A stretch of DNA of 64,000 bases from Macrostomum hystrix (Eukaryota > Animalia > Platyhelminthes). The translations under genes were made by a program, and so were the position numbers. Numbering within the stretch: the first letter of the stretch is position 1; each line of letters opens with the position of its first letter. Shown piece by piece: positions 38,261 to 49,455 of this stretch. Where the stretch lies: assembly GCA_950097015.1 (NCBI GenBank), contig CATNEN010000037.1:682001-746000 (forward strand). Reading direction: 5' to 3'. The notes beneath the pieces are model-generated. The model worked only from the letters and a program-made list of their open reading frames with translations, did no database searches and was not told where the DNA came from.

Positions 38261-38829
38261 GAACAATGCTAAAATTATGTTTTCGAATTGAAATCTACTC
38301 TGCGAGCCAATCAATCAATACTCAAGCTTAGTTTAATTTGTTAGTTTGCCTTCTGGTTGGATAGTGGCACAGCTAGCCTGTTATGAGAAAAAATGTGCAG
38401 AAATTTATATTCATTACCTGCTTAAGAGGGTGCTGGTTGTTGTCTTTTCTGCTGTGCTGCTTGAATATCTCCAGAATGACTTGCTCTGCACGCAAGTGTG
38501 TGAGATTTTTAACTTTTGAAATTTGATCTTCTTTCGGCTTTTGCTCCGCGTCTCAGCAAGCTCTACGAGGAATTTGCATAGAGAGTATTGAAAGCATTGG
38601 CTAGATAATTCAACACCAGTGATGTAAAGAAAAGCAATTTTACAACTCTTGCAAGCACTAATGATAGGTTAAGCGACGTATTCGTATCTATTAGCGTGCT
38701 GTGCCACTATCATCGATCCTGTTTTAACGTGATGTCGTTTTACTACTTTTTACCTTTGCTAATTTCCTGCGTGCAAAGTACTGTTGGAAGTTCATTCTCT
38801 TTCGAGCTTAACTTAACCCTCTGTCAGCC

Positions 38830-39010
38830 AGCCCACTTCGCCAACCACCTCACTCCGTCAGCCGCCCCACTCCGCCAACCACCTCACTCCGTCAGCCACC
38901 CCACTCCATCAGCCACACCACTCCGCCAATCATCGTTCAATACCACACCTCTCACTTCGCCAACCACCTCACTCCGTCAGCCACCTCACTCCGTCAGCCA
39001 CCTCACTCCA
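38830..39010 (+). repeat. Degenerate CCACCTCACTCCGTCAG minisatellite
   Basis: Imperfect tandem copies. Confidence 0.75.
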
Positions 39011-39498
39011 ACGATTCCCTCATTGAGATATACCCATTACTCCACAAACCTTTTTTGCTCCGACCTGGCAACACTAGCAAAAAAACTTTTTAAGCGTTTA
39101 AATTAAAAACTGCCAATTTCTTCCAATGTATAAAACGCGTTAACAAATTTTCTTGGCATACTTCACTATGTGAACAGAGCTGTTTGGCGGAGTGGGGTGG
39201 TCGGCAGCAATAAATTACGAGCATAAATACGCTCGGAAAATTAATTCACTTCTTAAAGTAAAGTGAAACAAAATTAATTAAAATAAGATGAATGAATTGT
39301 GACACAGCACACTTTAGGATATCAGTTTAACTTATATTTCATTTACATGTGCTGATTCCATTCGTATTCGCTCTGTTAGCACTCTGAAAATGCAGCATTT
39401 ACTGTACATATCCTGCTTCGTTTCAAGTTCGTTAACCGCTCAGCAGCTAGTGTCGAAGGTTAATTAAATTTAATTTCTTGATCACGAACCAACCGCTT

Positions 39499-40295
39499 TT
39501 AGCGATTCTGTTTGCGAAACTTTGCACGTCGATTCTTGAACCACACCTGCAATAAAAGAGCGGGTCATTGGTGTGAACTACTAATGATTAAATTTTTAGT
39601 TCCAAAATGCTATACTTTTACTTTAAAATTAATCCGATTCGAACTACGAATTATTTTGAGTGCAAATTAGGTCCCTATAAGACGAGATCACCTCGACGCG
39701 CTCCTCTCTCAGGTGAATCCTGGCTGCCAGCTGTTCCCTGACAGTCACATCCGGGTAGTGGGTGAGTGAGAACAGCTTCTCCAGCTCCATCAGCTGGCGC
39801 TCGCTGAAGATTGTGCGATTTCTTCGCCTGCGACCGAAGCTGCGGTGACCACCATCAGAGTGAACCTGCGGCTCCATCGGTTGCGGCGGTGGTGGTGGCG
39901 GTGGCAGAAGCAGCGTTGCTGGTGATGAAGGCAGCATGAACTGAGCAAAATGCTGGTACACAGCTGCTGACATCGCTAGGGGCGACTGCACCAGCTGAGG
40001 CAGTGTTGGTTGAAGCATAACTTCGGAAAAAATATAATCTGAGTAAAAAATTAGGAAACCTGTAAATCATAGCAACTTTTGCTTGGTTGAATCGATGCGA
40101 TTTCAAAGAAAATAACTCACGCGGCAGCGTCCTCCGCTTATCCGGTCGCACAGTTAGATTCTGATCCTGCTGCTCCACGCGGCCAGGAGTCTGCAGTATG
40201 CTGTCTATGGTAAATCCGGCTGATTGACCAGATTGTGGCATTTTCATTGACGCCGACTGCAGAAGTTTCTTCCAACCCAAAGGTTCGAGTCGCAT
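39499..40295 (-). CDS. gsc: Goosecoid, K50 PRD-class homeobox with eh1 motif; exons 40295(or 40247)-40121, 40020-39692, 39546-39499
   Basis: eh1 motif FTIDSIL; homeodomain [47 protein letters not shown]|[13 protein letters not shown] with K50 and an intron between E and V as in goosecoid. All splice phases are compatible. Confidence 0.9.
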
Positions 40296-43200
40296 TTTTC
40301 GCACCAGTTTAAATAGCGTTACAGCAAATAGTGCAAGCCGATAGGACGAACTTCAGAATCCTGGGGCGCGCCGCTCCCACTGATGAGGTGAAAGAGGATG
40401 AGTTGAATGGCGGAGCAGCTACTGACTATAGAGAGCTGGCCGCGCCGTGCCGGAAAGTTTGTCTTCACTTTCTGAACGTAATTCTGCTCGCGCCCGCTTG
40501 CGGGAAGTGCGGCAGATGTGAAAATCTTCGAGTGTGCAAAAAATCAAATACAAATCCGATCCCATGCGGCTCTAGAGAAATTTCTTGAAGTAGATCTTTC
40601 AGGGAGGGAAAGCTGGCAAATGCCATCATGATTTCTCTCAGCCCTGCTCTGCTGCTCTGAACTATTCTGATTTCTTCATTAAATGAAAGAATCCCTTAAG
40701 AGGACTGCAAACAAGTGGATTGCTAGCCTGGATGATCGACACCGAGAAATTCAACTCTGAGACTTGCACTGCGGTGCACTGCATATTCGTTTAATTATAG
40801 GCCTAGTTTGAATACAAACCAACGTTCATTATTCTAATGAGTTCAATTAATTAACCAGCTACAAAAAAATTAATTTCATTTTTCTCTCCTTCGATTATTT
40901 TATCGTCATCGATAAATCATTGTGCCGATATCGCTGAAGTGCAGATCTAATTGAACGCGAATGAATATACCTAAAGTTAAAAAAAATCTATCAATGTTTT
41001 AGTGAATTTAATTCGAAAAGAATCATTAAACTCATTGCTTTGTCTTACTGAAGTAAAAATTTAGTGAAAAGAATTTGAATTGTCTAGAAGTGTTATGGGG
41101 GCTGTCAGGTTCACAGGTTGAGCTCTCGTCTTAGATAAAGCATTATCAGGTTATCGCTACCCACCCTATTTGCATGTCGAGTGCATATGTACAGAAAAAT
41201 TTCGGTTTCAGCTGGAAATGTTTCATTGTACACATGAGCCGTTAATTAGTAATGTCTCGTTTCCAACGGCTTGTAACAAATGACTATTGCGACAGATTAA
41301 GAAGAAGGCGAACATAAAAAATTACCCAGTGAGATGCGTGATTCTTTATTTCTGCGACTGGCCGAGGCGAAGTACTTTTTTTTGTTGAAAATTAACTTTC
41401 TTGTCTTATTCTTAACTTACACTTATTTATTCATATATACATTACCTGTAGAGCTAGCTCGTATAGTTTCCTTTTAAAAATATCCATTAGGTATTCGTTG
41501 AGCAAGAAATTTTAAAATGAAAATCAACACAATGTATTGCGATATATTTTAATTTAGTTTAGTTTCTTTAAAAAAAACTAATTTTATACACAAAATTGAC
41601 ATCCATAAAAACTAAACAAATTTTTCGACTATGTAAACATTTGACTAGAATTCGATTGCATGGTCCAAAGCTGCTTTCGCCGGACGACAGAAAACGCCAC
41701 GTACCTGCATGGTTGAGGTGCCTGCAGCTTGAGCACATGAGCCACGGTTGGGGGCTGTGCGCCGTGACTCGAATGAAATGACCTGCTAGCTGAAGTCGCC
41801 AACGTCAAAGAAGGTCAATATGACGGTAGTAGCAGAAGCAATAGCTTGCAGCAACGCCACTGTTTAAAAGTCGGGTTAGGCTCGTATAGGACTACTGGGA
41901 GCTGTGACGTCGAACATCCTTGCAGAAGTCTGGCAACACGGCGATGAGGTGCACTACTAACTGGTGACAGCGCAGGAGCTGAGTTGATAGTTCAATCAAA
42001 ATCAATTCAATCATTACCTCGGCACAGCACGATGGTCTTCTTCGTGTTGACGATCAGGCCGATGCTCCTAGCATCACCAACTAGCTTGTCCTGACGACGC
42101 TAGGCACTCTCCCCCTTCGCTGTTCTCGCTTGGTCCTGTCGCGGTTGGCCGCCTCTGCTTCTACTCGCACCATAATGACTACTTGCAGTATCATATTTAC
42201 TTTAGAATTTAGCAGATGTCAAAACAAATGAATTAATCTAGAAAACGTAGGCAAAAGCCCGTCAATTATTTGCAGCTATTAGCTTCTATACAACAGCCAA
42301 ATATTTGTTTGTTTTAGCTTTAACTCCACCTCGAATTTCGATGTGCATCTATAAGATTTAAAATTAGATCAGGTTAAACCGAGACAAACCATTTGTCTCA
42401 ACTTCAGGAGTGTTTCCCTTTGACATGCAATTAAAAGTGAAAGCCTATATTTTTGCCCCAAAAATGGACTATTGCTTGCACCTTGGAAGAGGCAGTCAGG
42501 TTCTCACACACCGGTGCACTCATTCCGAAAACAGCGCTATCAGCTTCTGGACTCCAGCATCCCGCACGAGATGTGTCACTCGCCCCCCCCTTGGGAAGCG
42601 ATATGCCCCGGGGTCTCCCGCGGCAACTCACTTTCCTTCCCAACTACAGCTCGCGATTTTCTTTTCCTTATTTTTTCCTCCAGCCTCGTACTCCCATCAC
42701 CCACCCTGCCCCATAATTCCCAACAGCTCGGCTCCCATGTTCGTTTCCTAATTACTTTCTTTCCTGAATTCTCGATGGCGCCGACGGTAATGTTGAGTAT
42801 GTGTTAGCCAGCCACCTAGGTTCCTAGAACTAATTCCCTAGCAGGCTCAGTGCTCACTCGGCGCCTGTGAGCTCAGCCAGTCAGCGGTACAGGCTTCCCT
42901 GGCTGATTTATCTGCCTATGGCTCGCCCCAGCGCCTCACTAACCAATTGCCCCTTCTCTTTTTTCCTTTACGCAGCCGGCACTGCACTGTGGCCACTTAG
43001 CTGCTACAATTAAGCTTAGTTCTTTTAGCCGCTATGAGCTAATCCTGCCTCTCTTCCCCTTCTCTACCAGCCTTTCCTCTGCCGCTATTTCTCTATATAT
43101 AGAGAGCTTATATACACATTTACAAGGGCAATATTTCGACCAGGCCACTTGATCACACACTGGCGATGAAATGCTCATTGAGCACAAGTGTAAAACGTGT

Positions 43201-44071
43201 AGCTCCCTTCTCATACTACTATATTTCTCTTCCGCTTGTCCCTTCTTCTCTAGCCTTAATGTGACAACTCCTCTACACCTGCGGCTTGTCTATGGCTTTG
43301 ACTCACTTCCCTAATGATTGCAGAAAGGCTTGCAGTTTCAATGGAATTGTCCTTCTTTTAACTGCCCATATACGAGTGCGTTGGGACAGGCAAGAAAATT
43401 TATGGCGATAATTATTGTCACAGAGGCTTGTGATATTGAGGCGACTACATGGGCGGATACAGAGGAAAAATAGTTATTTACGCCTAGCATAGCCTTTTAT
43501 AGTTTATGAGCAGTCGAATCGACACAGGGCCTCGTCGCGGCGATATAATAAACTGGGAAAAGGGGGCAAAATTATTGGAAGTTTCTGCTTTTATATACGA
43601 TTTGGAACAAATATAATTGGCTAAGGGGCTGTTAGTAACTGACACACAATCTGTGGCGTCCATCATTGGGGATACTTTGCGAGGTGAACATCAAAATATT
43701 CTGACAAACGCAATAAAGGGTTTTTCAGATTAAGTTGTCTGAAATAGCTTTAATTTATTTACTTAGCATAGCAACCGAGGTATCAGTAGTCATGGGACAA
43801 AAACAACTCAAATTCACAATGGGCTGTTATCACAAGATTAATTAACAAGCGCGATGCCTTATAGTTTTAAGGGTCATTGTCTGAGCAATTTCAGTGAACT
43901 GTGAATAATTCGTGACCTGTACAAAATATCAAGTGACGAATATCAAGTGATCAAGTGAGAATGCATGCACAGGCTGATTAATGAAAAATGAAAAGCACCT
44001 TTCCATTGCAAGCCCTAATTTTTACTTCGCTTAGAAGATACTGTCAAATGTCTCCATCCAATGTCCTTTTC

Positions 44072-44595
44072 CACCGATGAGCCGCCATCTCCTTGTCCTT
44101 TGATGAGCCGCCATCTCCTTATCCTTCGATGAGCCGCCATCTCATTGTACTTTGATGAGCCGCCATCTCATTGTACTTTGATGAGCCGCCATCTCCTTAT
44201 CCTTTGATGAGCCGCCATCTCATTGTACTTTGATGAGCCGCCATCTCATTGTACTTTGATGAGCCGCCATCTCCTTGTCCTTTGATGAGCCGCCATATCC
44301 TTGTCCTTTGATGAGCCGCCATCTCCTTGTCCTTTGATGAGCCGCCATCTCCTTGTCCTTGATGAGCCGCCATCTCATTGTACTTTGATGAGCCGCCATC
44401 TCATTGTACTTTGATGAGCCGCCATCTCCTTATCCTTTGATGAGCCGCCATCTCATTGTACTTTGATGAGCCGCCATCTCCTTGTCCTTTGATGAGCCGC
44501 TATCTCATTGTCCTTTAATGAGCCGCCGTCTTCTTGTCCTTTGATGAGCCACCATCTTCTTGTCCTTTGATGAGCCGCCATCCCATTGTCCTTTG
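44072..44595 (+). repeat. 26-bp minisatellite TTTGATGAGCCGCCATCTCCTTGTCC x about 20
   Basis: Tandem periodicity of 26. Confidence 0.95.
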
Positions 44596-44685
44596 ATAAA
44601 CGACTCTACGAGCAGAGCTTTACATCTTGTTACCTCTTTAGCAGGTTTGATTGGTTCTTATGGAACTATGCACCAATCAAGCCTG

Positions 44686-45258
44686 CTACGCAACCGTAGG
44701 GCCATCATCAAAGACACTGGCGCCACACTCGCCACCGCATCCGCCTCTACCGCTGACCCCACGCGACGCAGGCGTCTGTCCTCGGCACCTTTGGCAACAG
44801 TTGCAGCAGCACCGGTTACAGCACCGGTTGCAGCACCGGGCGAGCAGAGCAAACTGGGCGCGCCGTCTGGCTAGCGCGCAGAAAATAGCGCCAATCAATA
44901 GCAGCGCGCTGCTGCCAATGAAGCTGACCACGCCGCCAGCCATGAGACCTCGCGCCGCACGTCCATTCGGCCCCTGACCAGTGCGAATCGACAGCAGCAG
45001 CGATGCCAGAATGAAGACCAGCAGGCCGAGGACGAACAGCATCACGGAGCCCAGCTGCCATACCCGTTGCTGACAGGGCACGCTGATGTAGTGCCGATGC
45101 ACATGCTGCTGCTGCAGCTGCTGTTGCTGAAGTCGTTGCGTCAAGCTTTGTTCTAGATCTTGCTGCGGCTGCTGTTGCTGCTGTTGCTGTCTCTGATGAC
45201 ACGGGTCTTCGTCGACTGTCAGGCCGTCATTTTCAGAAATGGAACATTTGCTATTCAT
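44686..45258 (-). CDS. Hypothetical intronless 190-aa two-TM protein with polyQ N-terminus and Cys cluster
   Basis: GC-rich coding-like ORF from ATG 45258. Two hydrophobic helices (LGSVMLFVLGLLVFILASLLLSI; LMAGGVVSFIGSSALLLIGAIFCALA) are followed by RCCNRCCNRCCCNCC. Confidence 0.7.
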   Translation of the reverse strand: MNSKCSISENDGLTVDEDPCHQRQQQQQQQPQQDLEQSLTQRLQQQQLQQQHVHRHYISVPCQQRVWQLGSVMLFVLGLLVFILASLLLSIRTGQGPNGRAARGLMAGGVVSFIGSSALLLIGAIFCALARRRAQFALLARCCNRCCNRCCCNCCQRCRGQTPASRGVSGRGGCGGECGASVFDDGPTVA

Positions 45259-45800
45259 TTTCTGACCTAGTCGAGTCGCAATCTTCAATGAAATTTTTTG
45301 CAGCCCGTGTGGATCAGTTTTTTCTTGTTCTCAACGGGTTTTTAACTGAAAATTCTCAATAGCGCCATCCGCTCGGTGGCTCTAGCTGTGGAATCCGGCA
45401 AAGTCCCTTCCTTTGCTTTGCCTCGCTGGCTTTTTCCATGCCGATTAGAATCTTCTCGGGCCTTCCTCTTCCCCCAAACCCTCTCTCTCTCGCTCTCAAC
45501 CGACTGTCCGACTAATCCGATTGGTCCGGTATCATTCGCGTATCGCTTGCTGGATCAGTTTACACTCCCAATTTGGTAGATAGCAGCCAGTTCAGCGAAC
45601 GAGTGGAGATAGAAATTAGCCTGAGCAGCTGGCTGGACTTTTTAAACAAAGATCTTATAGCATCTCTCTTGTTAGAGGTCATGCGCACAAGTTACTGACT
45701 CCGAGTACGAAGCCATGATACACGTAACTATGAGACCAAAAGCACGAGTTTGCCAATGATTGGAAGCTTGTTAATTTTTATGAAGAGGCCAGACTGAACG

Positions 45801-46125
45801 TCTGATTAACCACCTGACAGAGAAGACTGTCAGGTCTGATTAACCACCTGACAGAGAAGACTGTCAGGTCTGATTAACCACCTGACAGAGAAGACTGTCG
45901 GGTCTGATTAACCACCTGACAGAGAAGACTGTCAGGTCTGATTAAACACCTGACAGAGAAGACTGTCAGGGCTGATTAACCACCTGACAGAGGATACTGA
46001 AGGTCTGATTAACCACCTGACAGAGAAGACTGTCGGGTCTGATTAACCACCTGACAGAGAAGACTGTCAGGTGTGATTAACCACCTGACAGAGGATACTG
46101 AAGGTTTGATTAACCACTTGACTGA
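45801..46125 (+). repeat. 34-bp hairpin-containing tandem repeat GATTAACCACCTGACAGAGAAGACTGTCAGGTCT x about 9.5
   Basis: Periodicity of 34; internal 9-bp inverted repeat ACCTGACAG/CTGTCAGGT around a 6-nt loop. Confidence 0.95.
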
Positions 46126-47173
46126 GGAGTCTGAAGGTGTATCAATCTCCTGCTTGATTGACTATCTAAATGACACACTAAAGGTTTGATAGCCATCTCA
46201 TAGATGAAGCTGAATGATTCCATTTTTACGCGAAACATGGCCTGAAGGATAACAAAAGTATGAACATACTTTCCTGAAAATGTAAACAACGGATGTTTTA
46301 TGCCTTTTATGCCAAATTTTACCACCCAGATCTTGGACAGGAACTTTCTGGCTGCTTCTGTGAATAAACTATGTGTTTTCGTTTTTAGTGTTTGGGTGGC
46401 ATAGAGATGATACCAACGGAAAACACCACATGGACTACTCGTATTCCATTGAAATTTAAAAACGCTCGAAGGGCAAGCATTCACTCCCAAACGATCTGAG
46501 CTGTACATTTAACCTAATCTCAATCTTAACTTAATCGTATTGAAGATCACTTCAGAATTTAAACAATATTTGTATAGAATGTTTACATTGTTAGTTTGAA
46601 TAATCAGAACATGAAAATATCTGGACTGCCGTTTAAACAGTCGAGTCAAGATATTATTTCTAAGAAACTTTGAACATTTGTTTGGATTACTTTCACGAAG
46701 ACCTTGTTAGATTTTTGTGCAAATTTTACCGTGTAATTAGCTTAAAGCAAAAGTCACGTGACATTTTCCCACCTGCTTGTTTATTGACATGACTCCGTAC
46801 ATTGTAGTAGGAATGAACTAATATTTTTTTATTTATACATTTTAATGTTACATTTTCGTTCAAATAAACTTGCATACTGCTCCCGTTGCCAGTTTGATTG
46901 TCCAATTCTCATTTCGATCGTCAAAAAAGTCTGTGGCCTAAGCCGCAGCTGCTGCGAAGCTGAGCTGAGCTGCTGCATGCAGATCTATGGCTGTCTTCAT
47001 TTTGATTGTCCATCTTCTCATATTGATTGTCAAAACCAATATTTATTTAGCATCGCTGCTATTCGATAGCTCACTTCACTTATCAAATACCAGGCAACTT
47101 TGCCATCACAGTTCTGAATTGACACTTTGATTTAACCTTTTCGTTCTGCCCTCAGCCTTACCTGTGATTCCCC

Positions 47174-48016
47174 ATGGCAAACTTCAAGCGGTCAGGGTTT
47201 CAGCTTCCTCTGCTAGCGCTGATTGCTTTTGCTGCTTTCTCCGCCGGCGCCGCCTCCGACAATGGTAGGAAAATATCCTGGCGCAAGTCCAGAGATCAGG
47301 TCAACTGTACTACCGATCGTAAGTTCGGCGAGCTGCGTATTTCTAATCAGTTGTATTCGCAATGTGACCACATGTCACTAAGACGCGAAATATTCTAAGC
47401 ATGATAATTTACTGTATTGATCAGAATGGCTAAATCGTTCATGTACGAGCTATACGTGGATCGAAACCAGATCTGGCTCATGATTAACATTTATCCGATT
47501 AAAATTACGTGCAATACTTTCTTAAAACACTTCCATTTTGCAGCTAAGTACCTGTGCGGTACGGTTAAATCGGTACACGACGGCGATTCGCTCCGCATCA
47601 GGCCGGATTCTAAGAATGCGCGCTCCGCTTCCGTTCGCGTCCGCCTCCTGCAGATAGACGCCCCGGAGCTGTGCCAAGCCTATGGACCACAGGCGCGCAA
47701 GTCTCTGGCAGACTACCTGCCGCGGGGCAGTCGCGTCTGCATTGTCTCGCCCGGCCAAGATCACTACCGCCGACTACTGGGATTCGTCTGCCCAATGGAC
47801 GGCTCGACCATCGACATCGGGCACCGCATGCTAGCCCACGGCCACGCCTGGTGCTACCGCGGCACCTGCAGCCGGGCCAACGCGGCTGCCTCAGACGCCG
47901 CTCGGCTGGCCGGACTCGGCCTGTGGAAGCCTGGCCAGACGCCGATTGCTCCGTGGGTTTATCGTCGATTTAAGCGACGTCGTTCGACGAAGCGCGGCAG
48001 CCATGATTGCGCTTAA
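47174..48016 (+). CDS. Secreted single-domain staphylococcal nuclease/thermonuclease homolog, 187 aa; exons 47174-47264 and 47544-48016
   Basis: Exon 1 is signal-peptide-like (MANFKRSGFQLPLLALIAFAAFSAGAASDN). A phase-1 intron G|gtagga...ttttgcag|CT joins it in frame. Exon 2 carries VHDGDSL, RVRLLQIDAPE, QAYGPQA, DHYRRLLG, MLAHGHAWCY, ARLAGLGLW and PWVYR, the SNase-family motifs. Confidence 0.9.
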
Positions 48017-48499
48017 CGAGAACGCCGTACGACACTATAACGTGATTTAGGGAATCAAGAAGCCTTGATTCTAAATTTCTAACGATTAACAACCTATAGA
48101 CTAAAGCAATATCCTAGCCTGTAATATTTATACCTTAACAACTATCTTTACGCTTTTCAATCATTACAGTCAAACCAAAATGAATAATGACTGAACACAA
48201 CTACTTAAACATTAAAAGACAGTAGTATGCCAAGAAAATAGCCCTTTTAGTTGGCAGTAGCGTGTCATCAACAATGATCGGCAGTTTTTTTGCTTCAGAA
48301 AACAACTGCCTTTAAGGCAAAATTTTCGTTAAAGCATTGCTCCGTCCATTTGCTGTCTTCTTGCTACGAAAATGGATAGACTTCGCAAATTTCTGAATTA
48401 TAAGTTAATGATAGCTAACAACACAACATACTCTCGTGCTTTTAGATCATAAAATCCTTCTTTATTTCTTGCGTTGGTTACACATTTCACATTCCAAAA

Positions 48500-49455
48500 A
48501 CTGATGAACCCCGAATATAATACATCCTACAAACTTCATGAACCCAAAATTATACATTTCCTAACACCACAAATTTCCCAACCCCTCAACTTCATGAACC
48601 CAAAATAGCGCACATCCCACAAACTTCATGAACCCCAAATATCCCATATCCCCCAAACTTCATGAACCCCAAACATCACATATCCCACAAACTTCATGAA
48701 CCCCAAATATCACACATCCCACAAACTTCATGAACCCCAAATATCACACTTCCAACAAACTTCATGAACCCCAAATATCACACATCCAACAAGCTTCATG
48801 AACCCCAAATATCACGCATCCCACAAACTTCATGAACCCCAAATATCACACTTGCAACAAACTTCTTGAACCCCAAATATCACACATCCCACAAACTTCA
48901 TGAACCCCAAATATCACACTTGCAACAAACTTCATGAACCCCAAATATCACACTTCCAACAAACTTCTTGAACCCCAAATATCACACTTCCAACAAACTT
49001 CATGAACCCCAAATATCACACTTCCAACAAACTTCATGAACCCCAAATATCACACATCCCACAAACTTCATGAACCCCAAATATCACACTTCCAACAAAC
49101 TTCTTGAACCCCAAATATCACACTTCCAACAAACTTCTTGAACCCCAAATATCACACATCCCACAAACTTCATGAACCCCAAATATCACACTTCCAACAA
49201 ACTTCATGAACCCCAAATATCACACTTCCAACAAACTTCTTGAACCCCAAATATCACACTTCCAACAAACTTCATGAACCCCAAATATCACACTTCCAAC
49301 AAACTTCATGAACCCCAAATATCACACATCCCACAAACTTCATGAACCCCAAATATCACACTTCCAACAAACTTCTTGAACCCCAAATATCACACTTCCA
49401 ACAAACTTCATGAACCCCAAATATCACATATCCCACAAACTTCATGAACCCCAAT
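48500..49455 (+). repeat. 34-bp minisatellite AACTTCATGAACCCCAAATATCACACATCCCACA x about 28
   Basis: Periodicity of 34. Confidence 0.95.

Noticed and set aside
44072-44595. Hammerhead or box C/D motifs in the TGATGA-containing arrays (also 3945-4537)
   Set aside because: No GAAA or stems for a hammerhead; the C/D words are simply repeat content.
45801-46125. CRISPR array
   Set aside because: The palindromic repeats are directly adjacent with no unique spacers, there are no cas genes, and the context is eukaryotic.
46110-46508. 132-aa minus-strand ORF
   Set aside because: No ATG start, AT-rich unlike true exons here, and no recognisable motif.
47174-48016. Bacterial contamination as the explanation for the nuclease gene
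   Set aside because: It has an in-frame spliceosomal intron, no operon or RBS context, and host-type minisatellites on both sides.
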